In this document: piece after piece, positions 33,001 through 47,474 of the stretch
Numbering within the stretch: position 1 is the first letter of the stretch
Layout: each line of letters starts with the position of its first letter
DNA from: Mytilus trossulus
Lineage: Eukaryota
Direction: 5' to 3'
Assembly (NCBI RefSeq): GCF_036588685.1
Contig: NC_086376.1
Location: forward strand, 58,094,001 to 58,158,000
DNA: 64,000 nucleotides
Notes under the pieces: generated by a model
Told to the model about the DNA's origin: nothing
Database searches by the model: none
What the model saw: the letters and a program-made list of their open reading frames with translations, nothing else
Made by a program: the position numbers and the translations under genes

Positions 33001-34676
33001 CCATGTTCAAATCTTATAAATTGGTAAGGAAGATAAAAGCCAAGATAAAAGAAATAAAATTACAACCTGACGGAAAATGCAACTGTTGTTGATATGAATG
33101 TAATATGATGCGTCGGGTATACATCAATGACCGAGTATTCAATGTCGCTATAGAGCTCTATATCCTTATGGTAAATTCATACACCATTTCTGTCAGGTTT
33201 CAGAACTTCCATCAGATATTTGTTTTTCGCTTTTTAAGGTCCTTTACGTGCAGAACATCGTCTCCTGTGCATGAAAAGCAATCAAGCCACCGACTATTGC
33301 AAAAAAAAGAGACCAACCCCAAAAAACAAATCAAAGGCCAGTAATGGCCATTGAATTTTGGAATCATTGTTTACGAATTCAAATCTTTTGATTACTGACT
33401 AGCGTACTAGCCTGCCCTCTCCCGAGTTGCTAATTAGCTCAACTTTCTATTTTGAGTGCCATGGCACATTTATAATTCGAATTTATACTGCTTTGACAGA
33501 CACACAATTTAAAAGCACATTCACAATGATTATGAGGTACACAATTTTTATGCCATGTGGTATAGGATGTCACACGTACAAAATAAGTCCTGCATCTGCG
33601 ATATAACAAAAGTCAAAATTGCATTGACTTACATGTCACAGTTTATTTGCGTTTTCCTGAAATGAGATATTGACGGTAAGCCTGTTCAATAACTAGTGGA
33701 CACGTACATCTAAACAGACAAATTGTGAAGACGGGGAGATTGATTTTCTGTTTTTTTGAAAAATTTACCATTCATTTACAAAATTAACAAAAAGTAAACA
33801 AGAATTATTTTAATGATTATATCTTTAGTATTTAATATGGTGTAAAAAAATATAATGCAACAAATGTTATTATCTGTTAACCGCTCAATGTTTTCCTTGA
33901 AATTCCCAAGATAACATCGAGTATAGTCTATTGTAAACGAATATTAGCATTTTGATTATTTATTTTATATTAGAACTTGCAAGTAGTGCCTCGAAAACAT
34001 CTTTGTTTGTTTTTCCAACAGATTTATAACAGGTCGGGCAGATAAATAGTTTTTGATCGTAGTTTTGATTATATCAGTGACGCGCGATCGGCTCATCGCT
34101 TCATTAGAGTTGGTCTGATAGCAAGAAATTATTAAGAAAGCATCGCTTTATCTCTCCGATTGCTCTAACGATGTATTCAATGTAAATCTAAGATACCATC
34201 CCTTTAAAACACATACTTCTTCTTGTTTTCCGTTATTATTGTAGGAAAAAACTAGTGTTTAAGTAATTTATCAATATAGAATCGACATATTAATGGAGAG
34301 AGGGATAGCAAATCCTTTAAATGTGTCATGTTGGCTATGTTGTAAACTGAATATATTTTGAGATTGTAAATATCTGTTTGAACTGATTGATAGCAAGTTG
34401 ATCTTTTGGCTCAGAAATTATTTAAAAAAAACCACATTCAGTAATTGATGCACTAAATGCAATGCAAGTTTCACTGCACATGCAACCATTTGTAACATAT
34501 TTCAATTTATATGTCGTTTCAGAAACTGATTACGAGTCATCTGTAAACGCTATTCTGTAGCTAATCATTAAAGTAAAAAAACACAACTAAAAAGTGTTTG
34601 ATTGTGTGTGTGTGTTGGTTTGTGAGTAAAACATGGCTTATTATTCTCTTTGAAAAGACAGCATTGCTCTTTGTTA

Positions 34677-34852
34677 AAAGAAATTGAGAATGGAAATTGT
34701 GAATGTGTCACAGAGACAACAACCCGACCAAAGAACAGACAACAACAGAAGGTCGCCAACAGGTCTTCAATGCAGCGAGAAATTTCCGAACCCGGAGGCG
34801 TCCTTCAGCTGGGACATAAACAGATATGTATACTAGTTTAGTGATAATGAAG
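34677..34852 (-). mobile_element. Retroposon (SINE/LINE tail) fragment
   Basis: aaattgagaatggaaattgtgaatgtgtcacagagacaacaacccgacca... recalled as a high-copy mussel repeat. A weaker relative lies at ~26262-26300 (ggaaatatagggtatgtgtcaaagagaca). Confidence 0.55.
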
Positions 34853-36544
34853 ACCGTTTAGTGAAATACAGAATCTTGTCCTACATCTTTGGTAGAATTT
34901 TTTTGTCATTTACATCATGTTGCTATTTATCTATTAAAATCTATAATATTGCATTAAAGATGTTGAAATTAGATATAATTGATCAGGTTAACGCCTTCAA
35001 CTTATATTTGTTATCACGTATCTGCTTGGTTGCTATCAATTTATTTTTCTTCTTTATCTCTTTTGGTACAGATAGACTTAGTGTAAACAAAAGAAGACAT
35101 GCTGCTATACACGGCTCATAGATGTGACATGTGATAAAATTGGTATTCGATGCTTGAACCAATATATCTATACATTAACAATTTTAAAAGATAGTGTCAA
35201 TTTTTCTTTTTACTGTTTATGAAGAAAAACAACGAAAAACTCAAGTTGGAAGTTACACTTTTAATTTTAAAGTTACTAACACAAAAGTATTAGTTTTAGA
35301 ATGGTTGATTCTTTAAAACTTCAATATCATTGAAATTTCCTCAATTGTAAGACTAAACAACGCATTTTAACGACAAGGTATATGATTTGTTTTGTAAACA
35401 AATAATGACAACACCCCAGTATTTGTTTCTCTTTTAGGGTCACAAAGTTGTCAAAATCTTTTGAACTAGATATTAACTGGGACTAATATACTATATATGT
35501 ATAATAGTCCCAGATATTAAGAGGGTCTATAGCATATACATTTAAATTTGAGTATTTTACTGTTAGATATTTTTGTAAAACCACAAAGTTATTCAGCACG
35601 TTGGAGGAATTTTGATACAATACTGCACTATTCAAAGGTAACAGTGTGTATGCTAACAAAAATGAATTCTTGGGTATCCGAAAGACGAAGCATAGTTTTA
35701 CTTTCAACAGAATTTTGTTCTGGGTTACCGATGCCTTTCTTGTGCAGTTAGGTGAATCATACTCAAAGTTAGCATAAATGTTTTTAAATATGATTAAAAG
35801 TTTGCTGACAAGTTTAGAAATAACCCAAATCATTGTAAAAACGTTATAAGGCAGAATTTTAGGGTATGGCGCTATGACTCTCAGACGATAAATGAATAAA
35901 AGACTTTTCAAAAATGGCCATTGGGTACATCTTAATTTAGAGGAAATTGCCCCTAGTGCTTTTGTAAGAGAAAGAATACCTTCCCATTTAATACTGAGCT
36001 TAAAGAGAAGAAAAAAATCTGATGAATCATGCATTTTTATTTCAATATTTTGTAAATAACGTTTTCAAGACAGCTGTGAAAAATGTGTATTTTACGTGAT
36101 GACATTTAGATATATAATTTCATTACTGCACCAGAACACAAACTGTACATAACATTTTCCACTTCAAAACATTTGTATGTAAAGAACCCAATACTTGCAC
36201 GTTAGTATTCAACTATTCATGCACATTAATATATTGTTCAATATCGTGCTTCGATATGAACATTACAAGCTTTGATTTGATACATAAATTACATACTAGT
36301 ATTACATACATGTAGATTTATTGAAAATTGTTAACTTTTCAGTTGTACAATTTCAAAGACTGTTGGGTAGTTATTTTTTCTTTTCAATTCGAGTTCATTT
36401 AAAAAGTTTGTTACACATAAACCATTTTTTTTATTTTAGGTAAAATAAAAGCAAGTTACTCTTTTGACAGTCTTATTTTCAATTGTATTCTCAAATCATT
36501 ATTAAAAGAAAGTTGCCAAAAACAGATGCAGTATCGTAATACAT

Positions 36545-36640
36545 AAAGGCAACAGTAGTATACCGCTGTTCAAAACTCATAAATCCATGGACAAAAAACA
36601 AAATCGGGGTAACAAACTAAAAACGAGGGAAATACATAGA
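36545..36640 (-). mobile_element. Retroposon 3' tail fragment
   Basis: taaaggcaacagtagtataccgctgttcaaaactcataaatc; relatives at ~58295-58410 (same strand) and ~43400-43440 (opposite strand). Confidence 0.55.
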
Positions 36641-37084
36641 ATGTATGTATTGTATGTAATACAAATGATTGAATATGTTGAAAACCGACACCCTACAAAG
36701 TTTCAATGATCATCTGTATCTTATTTAAATACATATCCAAAGCACTATCTTTATGCTATCTTTCTTTTAAAAATAAATTGTAACTATTGAATCGAGAAAA
36801 TATGTTTTTTCCTGAAATCTTTAGAATTTTATAGATAAGCACTTCAAGGACGAAATACCTTTGTCAATCTGACGATGTTGATTTAAAAAAAATGAAAACA
36901 TTGAATCTATTTTCTTTAAACCAAGGTCAAGCATATATATTTCACAATATGGTTAAATGATTTTCTATCATTACAATATGATTAAATGAAAAAATCAAAT
37001 AAACAACCTATCAAATCTAAAAATAAAACTTTTTTTTTAAATTACAAAACACATAAAATCAAATAATGTTTGAAATGGACAATT

Positions 37085-37272
37085 TTAAATGTTTTCCCGT
37101 TTGAATGGTTTTACACTAGTAATTTTGGGGCCCTTTATAGCTTGTTGGTCGTTGTGAGCCAAGGCTCCGTGTTAAAGGCCGTACTTTAACCTATAATGGT
37201 TTACTTTTAAAATTGTTATTTGGACGGAGAGTTGTCTCATTGGCACTCACACCACATCTTCCTATATCTATT
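37085..37272 (+). mobile_element. Retroposon (SINE) 3' fragment
   Basis: ...ggagagttgtctcattggcactcacaccacatcttcctatatctat tail. A decayed relative lies at ~23410-23455 (ggtggatagttgac...ataccacatctcct). Confidence 0.55.
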
Positions 37273-40200
37273 GTCAAATGGCCATTGTCAATTGTACTTA
37301 GTATAGAACCATGTTATCGCTCATCGATAGAAAGTGTTTTCAAAAATTCAGACTAGTTGTCGTTATTGCAGTTAATGTGTTTATTGATATAGTTATTGAT
37401 TGTGGGGGGTTAATTAAACAGCTAAACTGTAATTGTAAACTGTAAAAACATCAAGAATGGGACGAAATAAAACAAAACTTCATTCAAAGTTTGCATTTTT
37501 TGCCCTTGTATGACAATATTAGATATTACTTTTGAACTTCAATGAAAAAAAAATGATAAAAAAACTTGTGTTTTAATTTTTTAAGATATAATAACGTCAT
37601 ACAGTATACGTGCCTCTGAAAGGAAAGACGTCTATGTATTGTATGAATAAGCGTGATTTAACATGTAACAGTTTGTTACATGAATGTCTTACTGTCTCTT
37701 CCCCGCCCCTCTTGATACTAGAAAAAAATATAGGAATTCACTTTGGTTCAATGAGTTAAACTGCTGTTTTCATTGGACATATCTCCTATTTTATCTTATT
37801 TCATAGTTTTACAAGATGATATGCTAGTTGTTTTATAGGGTTTTCATATACAATGTTTGTATTTATAATGGTTTTTGAAGAAAAGTAGAACTCTTCAAAT
37901 ATACGATAAATTTATTTAAATTGCATTGTTATTAAATTGTTTCATAAATATATAATCATAAAGTTTTCTTTGTCTTAGTACAACTTAATGTAAGATTTAA
38001 AACTTAAGCTATAATTTTTCAATTATTAAGTTTTTACGGGTTTTACAGTCATTGTTACACATCAGACCAATATTTAACAATTATTTCAACGTAAGAGGTC
38101 AGGATGATGTCAAAACAAAATGAGGTATAACTAAAAATTGACAAAAACTGACCTGGTTTGCAATTGTTCTTACAGCATCTTTGTTTAGTCAATATAGTTA
38201 GACCGCTTAAAACAAAAATCTTTTTCAAATACGTGACAGATGTCCTATTTCTTTCTTATTTGGTATGAAGCAAACACTTGAAGGAAGTTTGCCCTTCAAT
38301 CAGGTCTTCTAACAGTGAAATAAAAGCATAACGTACAATCCTTTATAAAGTATTGCAAACAACTCACTGTCAGAATGGTAAATCAAATAATACAACCGTA
38401 CGCATTCCTAACACAAAACGTAAACATTTCCTTAGTGATTAAGTGTGAATTCTTTCTTTTCAACTTGTTAATTGTTGATTGTAGAATGGACGTGTGTCTT
38501 TTAGTAATAAAACCATTCATCTTCAAACGAAGTTAAAACAGGTAAATAACGTAATAGCAGGATATTTCTAACCAACACCAAAATTCTAACACAAGTAAGC
38601 TTTATATTGTATCTCAGAAACTAATTAGTTTGTTGTGTTTAAGATGTCTTTCGATGAAAAATTTGTCAATAACAGGTAAACAATGCAGTAATTTGAAAGT
38701 ATGAAGCACTCACTAGCATTTCTAGTGAACAAGAGTATACAAAGAATCACCTTTCGTGAATTTTATCTTCTGATTTACCAATTTCCAATTGTATGATTTA
38801 TCAATTTCAAAACATTTGAAAAATGAGATTAGCTGAAACCTAAGTTTACAGTATTTATATTTCATGGATTCATTTAAATTTTTTCAATAGACCTTATCTA
38901 TTAGAAGAGTCAATATTTGGATTACAATAATTAAGAACTCGAGCTGAATATTGGTAATTTAAAGATAACAAGTAAATACGAGTTGCATTTGTAATTTTAT
39001 TGTGGTTTTATTCAAATTATGGCTGAAAAACTCGATGGGATATATCTTATTCAATGTATTGAATTCGACACAATTCTATAGATGTTTTTGGTTTTGATTT
39101 GCATTTATTCTTTGCCTCTAAATAAACAGAAAATAGCTTTTATTTCACAGTTATCCTGTTATTTTCTTTGATAAATTGTTATACGCTTCTATCGTGCAGC
39201 TTATGTCACATTTTTCTTTTTTTTATATTATCATTTCATCATGTAACTTATGTAACATTATGTGAACTATTTAAGGTTTGGATTTTTTTAGGAAAGACTT
39301 AATCTTTTCGTAGATATCTAAAAATGACAAGGTCATCAGAAATGTGTTTCATTCTTTGAATTCTTTTAAAAACGAGGTCAATACTGCAATTGAAATTAGA
39401 AATCTGGAGATTGAAGATATTCGAAGAATTAATTGAAATGTGCGACTGACAATTTTTTTTTATCTAGTATATCTTAAAATTTTAAGTGCCTAAGGTGCTA
39501 CGAACAAATTCCAACGTAAAAAAATCAGTCAGTTTACGCAGGTTCAAACAACCCCATCTCAAGAATTTGCACTCAAAATAGTCAGTAACTCATATAATGA
39601 AATAATTTCTAACTTCATACCAGCCTTGTAAAAGTTTTTTCCAGCTAAATTTATTCCGTTGTTTAAAGTTATTTTTGTTTATTTGTACTTTACGAAGTTC
39701 TGCATCAGAAACGTGGTGATACCATCATGTTTATTATCCATTAGAAACACACGCTTCGTTTCCACAAATCATTCATTAATAAGATGTTATGTATTAAAGA
39801 GATTACATACACATCAAACCATTTTTTATAAATATTAGTTATAATAAACGAGAAAAATTAAGTTTGTAATATAGCTAAATACATTGAAAAAAAATATTTG
39901 TTGAAAAAAATCACTTGACAATAATATCAAAATTAAAAATTAAAAATTAAAACTTACATGAGGATAACTATAAGAAATTTCCAAGTAAGCGTCTCTCTCT
40001 CTCCCTGTTTCAAAACCATTAACTTCTCTGCTTTCAGCAGATTATAAAAGAAGCATAATTTCATGAAATCGATCACACCAAACTGCCAATCAAACTGCGC
40101 CTGAGAGAACCGTTTATATTGTCAATACTTAATGGTAACTAATTTCTCTAAAATGCTGTCAAGACGAGGCTAATAGGAAGCCGTATTAATAATTGCGGTG

Positions 40201-41148
40201 AATTGTAATTTTACTGTTACAAATAACACCTTTTAATCATTTGCTGACAAATAATTAATAAGGATTTGTTTCTATGTTTATCATTCATTATTAGTTTTAT
40301 GTAAAACTATACAATTTATTGGATACAATATTAGATGAAACAAAAGCTTTCAATATCTGTTTCAGGGCTGTTTACAAAATCAGATACTTTATATAATGGA
40401 TAATATTGATGATGTCATCAGCTAAACAAAAATGTTAACTTATTATTAAAGAGGTTTAATGTTTTAGTATGAAAAATTGATGTTCAATAATCATACTAAT
40501 AATCAGTATGATAACAATATCATATTGTTTGTTGACAATGAAATATTATAAAATAATTTTATTTAAAAAAAACTCAAAACTTTTTACCTTTGAAAACTAC
40601 AAAGAATAAAGAGTAAATGTATCAATAAGTTAATCTTCCAATTAAATCAATCCGTTTAATAAATAGAATACGACTATTCTGAACAAATGATAGTGGACCA
40701 ATAATTATATTTATAGAGAGTATCTTTAATTAGTTACAATGTATATAAAGGATGTTGTTTTCAATAAATAGATATCAATCAATCGTATAATAGAAAACGA
40801 AAGTAAATCAATTCCTGGTTACATTTCACAATACGTCAGTAATAAAAGCACTGTCATTGACCACAAAAGGAGAAATTGTCACAATAATGCAGTTATAATC
40901 TAAGTTTATATGGTCCAAGTAGAGAAATTGGTACAAAGATTGGCTTAGCATTAGAATAAAATCCGATTTATTTGTATAGTTAGAAAGTTAGAGAGAAAAA
41001 AAGCAGTATACCGATGTTCAACACTTGTTATTCCATCTTTAAAACACAAATCAATGTAAATGAGGGAATCACATAAAATACAAACGGGACAAGACTTGAT
41101 GTATCGGAAGGGAAGTTGCTCCTTCTCTGCATATATCACCACTCATGT

Positions 41149-41617
41149 GAATAAACTCATCATAGATAATAGGACTAAATTTAGTATATATGTCAGACGC
41201 GCGTTTCGTCTCATCAGTGACGCTCGAATCCGAAAAAGTTAAAAAGGCCAAATAAAGTACGAAGTTGAAGAGCATTGAGGACCAAAATTCCTAAAAGTTT
41301 TGCCAAATACAGCTAAGGTAATCTATGCCTAAGGTAGAAAAGCCTTAGTATTTCAAAAAATTTACAACCATAAAAAAAAGTCGTAAATAAAATTATCATA
41401 GATACCCGGGTTGACATTTTATATTTATGCCAGACAAGCGTTTCGTCTACAAAAGACTCATTAGTGACCAATCAGTGACGCTCGAATAAAAAATATTAAA
41501 AAAGTTTAATAAAGTACGAAGTTGAAGAGCATTGAGGACCAAAAATTCATATGAGTTTTGCCAAATACAGCTACTGTAATCTACTACTGCGGTAGAAACG
41601 CCTTAGTATTTCAAAAA
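41149..41617 (-). repeat. Two tandem ~235-bp units carrying decayed minimal type I hammerhead ribozymes (Penelope-like / retrozyme-type repeat)
   Basis: Minus strand copy 1: gcgtca CTGATGA gac GAAA cgcgcg TC tgac (stem II deleted). Copy 2: ggtca CTaATGA gtc-ttttgta-gac GAAA cgcttg TC tggc (core G to A). Together they reconstruct a canonical core. Confidence 0.75.
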
Positions 41618-41893
41618 GTAATAGCACTGGGATAAGAATTAAAACTGTTTTTTGAATAACAAGGTGAGTTTGTTCAAAGAGAGGTTCAACAATATGATGA
41701 GACCGATAATTATTATTTATAAAAGGACTGTTTATCGAGGTTTAAGGATAATAATTTAGTTTACATCTATGGAATACAAATAAATTTGTACAAACATGAA
41801 AACGTGCACATTGTCATGCAAACTGTTCAAATAAAGAATATTGGATACTATGTGAGTTTAATTGGAAATCAGATCAGAAGGTTTTGTGACCAG

Positions 41894-42000
41894 GAGTCGT
41901 TTTCACAACGAAATTTACGACTAAGATTGATTGTAAGTATACTGCATTATTCATGACTTACAATCAATCTTAGTCGTACGTTTTGTGTTGTAATCGACTC
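41894..42000. mobile_element. 107-bp fold-back MITE with CAG TSD (PIF/Harbinger group, CWG target)
   Basis: gagtcg..t.acaac.aaa...tacgactaagattgattgtaagt / acttacaatcaatcttagtcgta...ttt..gttgt.a.cgactc; cag at 41891-41893 and 42001-42003. Confidence 0.82.
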
Positions 42001-45000
42001 CAGCAGGTACGTATTTCCCCAAAACCAGAAGTCGACATTAACTATTCTATTGTGTTTATCTTCGAAGGCTGTCCATCGCCAAATTTCAAAAAGGGAAAAA
42101 TATCGTCATTTGAACGAAACATTCCTGTTTCTGTTTGAATCCTAAAATCAACTCCGGAAGGGTGTTTGACGATTCGTTTAAGAAGAGGATATTGGAGAAG
42201 AACTATAAAGAAGCTAGTTTCTTTAATTAATTTGTTTGTACTATAGTATCTTCTATATTATGATTGTTTCGTTGAAGAATGTACTATTTAAACAAAGAAA
42301 GGGATTACTATTTTTTTTTATGCAGGAAAATCAATGATTTGTATAAGAATATAATTTATGTTATCACAAAAAAAAAAATTCTTGTCATTATTAAATTGTT
42401 TTAGTAAATTTTCTTCTTTAGCGTCTGTATGAGCTAGAACTAACAAACAATCGAGTGACTTTCGACATTTCAATCCGCAAAAACAACAAATTTATTATGT
42501 TATTGATAACAACGCAGTGATAATTTCTACTTCAGCGTATTTGTTTTTTGAACTAGTGTGTGATCCAACACGAATTGACATTTGCACGGACAAACAAGGA
42601 AAATACAAATACGTAATGAGAAATTTGAACTAAAGCAAAACAAAGACACAACGAAATAGAATGTAACAAACGGATTTCTTTATCTCTATGTTTTTTCTTC
42701 GTAAATTTCACAAACATTCAATTGAAGAAGGATATATAGACACCTCTTCAACATGTTTGACAAAAACATCTTTTTAGGATTCCTAACATTAATTCTTTCT
42801 ACAGGCAGGAATGGCATAAGGAATTATATGAGTAGGTATATTAAGACATTCACGGCAATCCGTTGCAGATTCTTTAAATTCTACTGCAAAACCCTCTTAG
42901 ACCGTCTTGTAAATTTACAGGTACTACGCTTAACACTACTATCATAATCCTCAAATAAAAAATTGAATACACCGTCTCATCAAAAAGTGCTTTTTTATTC
43001 AAAAATTGGAAACGTAGATACGTTCCTTGCATTATGTCTTTAACAAGCTGCCTTTGTGAAGAACTGCACAGATAACCAAAATAAATACAATAAAGGTGAT
43101 ATCATCAAAATCTTTTTTTGTCTACAACACATTTGTTGAAATGATAAGATTAAATGGGACCTGTTTCTAAACTCACTATTCTTAGATCTTATGATTCCCG
43201 AAAAACAGCCTTATATGAAAGTAAATTTACCGATTGTGTCCTAATCCTTTTTGTGACTTGTAAACTGAGTGTGAAATTCCATGACAGGCGATGTATGCTT
43301 AGCAGGAGACGTTCACCATGCCGAAGCACCGATCTTGTTCTGTTTATAGTTTATTCAGTTATCTCAGTTTGTGATTGTTACTTTGATCTGTATTATTAAT
43401 CGATTTATAAGATTTAAACATTGCGAAACTACTGTTGCCTAAGTGTTTAGTCAAAACTTATGCCAAACTTAGTCCAAATAATAATGACGTCTTAAAATGC
43501 TATTTTAAATGTTTGCTTTGACGCCTTCCTGTCAATGTAAGGCGTTAAATAAAAATATATATAATAGCCTTTAAAGGGTCATAATTATTTGGACTAATGC
43601 CGAACCATGCATGGAACGAAGGTTTTATTTGAACATACAAACGTAGTTACACATTATCAATGGTCAATCTCTTGTTGAAGATGGATACCAAAACTAAAAG
43701 CAAGCAAAACAAACATTACGAAGATTAACCAAATTTTGACAAGTCTCAGTTTAATTTTAATGAAAATAAGTTTTGAGCTAACTCGGAATACAGTAAAGAA
43801 GAAGGTTCAGGAAGACCCCTTTTTGGCCCCAAAATTAAACAGTCTGCCCTTACCGGACCTACTCCTTTATAACTCTTATGATACTCTTAAATATGAACTA
43901 CCATTCAGTCAATATCATCGCTTGATTTGACACAGAATAAGTAAGAGAGTAAATATCTACCGGGATCTTAAATTTTTTAAAAGGGGCTTAATTAAAAAAA
44001 AAACACCCATTAAACTAAATGATAAAAGGGAAGATTTGTGCTCTCGTAAAACTGGTTGAATATCACATCGATTAAAATAAATAACTACTAGTATGTGAAA
44101 CACAAATACAGTCCAAACATCATTACACCGTATACTTGTTATTGAACAAACCACCGTTATAACTTCAATAGTACAAGACGAGGAAGTGTTTTCTGGTACA
44201 TGTTAACCATACGACGTGATGCAAAAGAAAAGCAATCCATCAATCATTATTCAGAGGTTAGTGGTGTTCGATGACTTGAGATTATGATAATGTGAAAATG
44301 GATTATATTCACCCACTTCTATAGAGTTAATAAAGGTCCACCGACGAAACATAGGGGGTTGACAATTGTGTTTAAGGTATTATGTGAGAATTTAAAACAC
44401 CAATTCCGTCATCATCCGTAACTAATTAAAATACAAGCAAAATAGTTTTATTATATATTATAAGGAAATGAACGAAGTTTGCAGTCCTCTCAGATCGACG
44501 ACCTTTTATATTAAGCATGCATGCAAGCCTGTGTATTCTATTATACATATAGAGAAACCATAATAGCGAAAAAATATCATGGCGATTACACATTTTGATA
44601 AAACGTACTAAAAGTTCCAGTACTAGAGGAAATTCGAAATCAAAAACATAGACCGCAACGAAGTTTGTTTGATTTCAAGTAAATGAGGATCACAGCTTAT
44701 TTATTCAAGTCTTTTGAATTAATTTTATTCTAACTTTACATACAAATGCTTCCGAATACGATATTTAACGTACACAATGGATATTTTATATTATAGTAAA
44801 TAAAATAAATACTTCCCAAAACGGTTTCCAAGATTTCACAGAATATTTTATTTGATCAGCATATTTTCAATTAAGAATTCAGCTCGCAATTTTGACTTGT
44901 TGAAATCGTTAAATGTGACACGGTTCACTGTTGCATATAACTAAACCTGAGTAACTTTCAAGAAAAATCAAATCTTTATTCAATATGAATTTCAGTGAAT

Positions 45001-45544
45001 AGTTTCGTTCAAATATGTTTTAAGTGTCATGCATTCATCATTAAAAGAAAAGATGGCAATTGATATTAAACTTAAAGGAAACGTGAAATCCATATAACTA
45101 CTTCAAAGAACACTAGATCTTCCATTCTGTCGTGACGGTCGGACATTCTGTTGAATTCCATTGACATGAAATGCTTTATAACAGCATCTTGTAGGCATAT
45201 GCTGTGTATAGAGATACGTTATCTTCTTTGCACGACTATTTACACAGACTGTCGTAAAGTAAGACTTTAATTCCGGATCAATGTATCGAGTCAGGCAGAA
45301 CGGAAACGACTTATTTAATGGTGGAAGTCGGCACAGTTCTGTTTAAGTACAAAACCAAGATATGAACATGCCAAAAATAAATTGAATAGTACACGACATG
45401 GACACACACGGAATGTTACGTTTGCTGTATAAACGCATTAAAGACCCATCGTGTTGTTATACAAAACAGAAGAATACAGAAGTGACTTGGAAGTTTCTCA
45501 AAATCCGAATGACAATTTTATGTTTTTGTATAAAAATTAAAATA

Positions 45545-45663
45545 AAAAAAATACTGAACTTAGAGGAAAATCAATTCGGAAAGTCCATAATCACATGGCA
45601 AAAACAAATAACAAAACGTATCAAAAACGAATGGACAAGAACTGTCATATTCCTGACTTGTAT
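45545..45663 (-). mobile_element. Short 3' fragment of the same SINE-like repeat
   Basis: aaaaatactgaacttagaggaaaatc...gaactgtcatattcctgacttg. Confidence 0.6.
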
Positions 45664-47127
45664 ATACGATTCAATAGTTGTTTAATGATTCTCAAATCAC
45701 GTTAAACTTATTTTTTTATACAGACCAAGAAAAAAGTTCTAATTTGAAAGAGAACATGAACTCCAAATTGAGCAGGACCAGACAGAGCAACTTAGTCAGC
45801 GTAAACGTATATACAGTATCTTTTTTATTACACTTTTGTTCATCATCACAATCATAATGATTAGATTTTTGCAGCTCAATCTTAAGTTTTATATGTAATG
45901 TTGAATGAACTTTTGTTTGAAGGTCGATTATATGGAATTTTATGTCTGTCACATACACATGGTCCGTGATAGATTTTTTTCCACGTTTTATTCGCATCTA
46001 TCTATTTGATTATATCTATGGTGTTTTCCTTCACAATTCATGGAGATGATAAATGAAATGTCATTGATACCCGTGTAAATGTAAGAGAGTGATTATTTTA
46101 AAAGGATAAGTAATTGGCATTATAAACTGAATTCGCACATTCTTGGAAGTTGCAATTAACATAGTAGACCTGAATTAAAAAAAAAAAAACTTTTTTATTA
46201 ACCTCAGATAAACCTTATAGAGTGGTGGTGTAACGAACAGAGCTGAGCGTTCTGAACAGTAGCCTACATAAAATATTATTTCTGCGACTAGGCATATACA
46301 ACACGTATCAAAGATATTATTTACCTAAAGCTTCCCCCCCCCCCCCCCCCCCCCCAATGTAGGATCACGTACACGACCAAAGTATTATTAATAAGTTGTA
46401 TATGTAACATCTAGCATACTTTAACAATAATTAATATATCAAGTATTGTGATGACCATATGGGACTTAACTTGAGTAAAATAAATATTTAATGTCTTAAT
46501 AATCAATCGTAGGTGTGAAAATATAATAACATATAACCATTATTCACACATATGTTTTATATAGATATCTTAATTATCACTTAAATACACGAAGTCAATA
46601 TCATACACACATTGTTTTGTTAATCAAACAAAACTCTACTTGACAATAAATGAATATTTTTTGTCACCTTGCGATAATGGATGTAGAAATAATAATACAT
46701 ATAATTAATTACTTGACACTATCTGTAACAAAGCAGGAAAAATAATTAGATTCACACTTTTCATTCAACATTTACTTGGCTACCTTTAATTAATCCAAAA
46801 CAGATCGCAACTTCATTACATTTACAATAATGGTATGTTTGTTAATTTCATTGAGCGAACTAAAAGATGGTCATAAAGGGGAGGTTTCCAGATTTTACTA
46901 TAATTGAGGTCTATTTGGGTTCGATAAGTTCTCCAACTTTGTATTGGTTTTGAATCTTAAAATTCTTTGACCTTGATGTTCACTCAAAATACGTTCATTG
47001 TCAAAATGTTTTATAAAATGACTTAATTGAAGGCCCATAAGAAGTTTCGAGTTTTATACTGTCAATAATTTTTTGGCGGATGTAAAGGTACACTACCTTT
47101 TAGACAATTTTATATAAAAAGAGAAAT

Positions 47128-47460
47128 GAAAAAACTACCGAACATCAAGGGAAATTCAAATCGAAATACCTTATCAAAAGGCAAACTAGAAACCTTAAAC
47201 CCATTAAACAAATTGAGAACAACTGTCATATTCCTGATTTTGAACAGGCATTTACTGATGCAGACAATGGTGGATTAAACCTGGTTTTATAGCTAGCAAA
47301 ACATTTCACTTGTATGAAACTCGCATTAAATTACCTAATACTCAAAACAATCTGTCAACACAAAGAACAGGAATAATAGGTAAACACTGTCGAAAAAGGG
47401 GTACATAAGTCAACAAAGTGGTACAATCTTAATCATTATAAAAACAAACAAATATGAAAA
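47128..47460 (-). mobile_element. Diverged copy of the same SINE-like repeat
   Basis: caactgtcatattcctga...acaggcattt...tggattaaacctggttttatagctagc is the reverse complement of ~53140-53220. Confidence 0.65.
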
Positions 47461-47474
47461 AACACTAAAAAATA

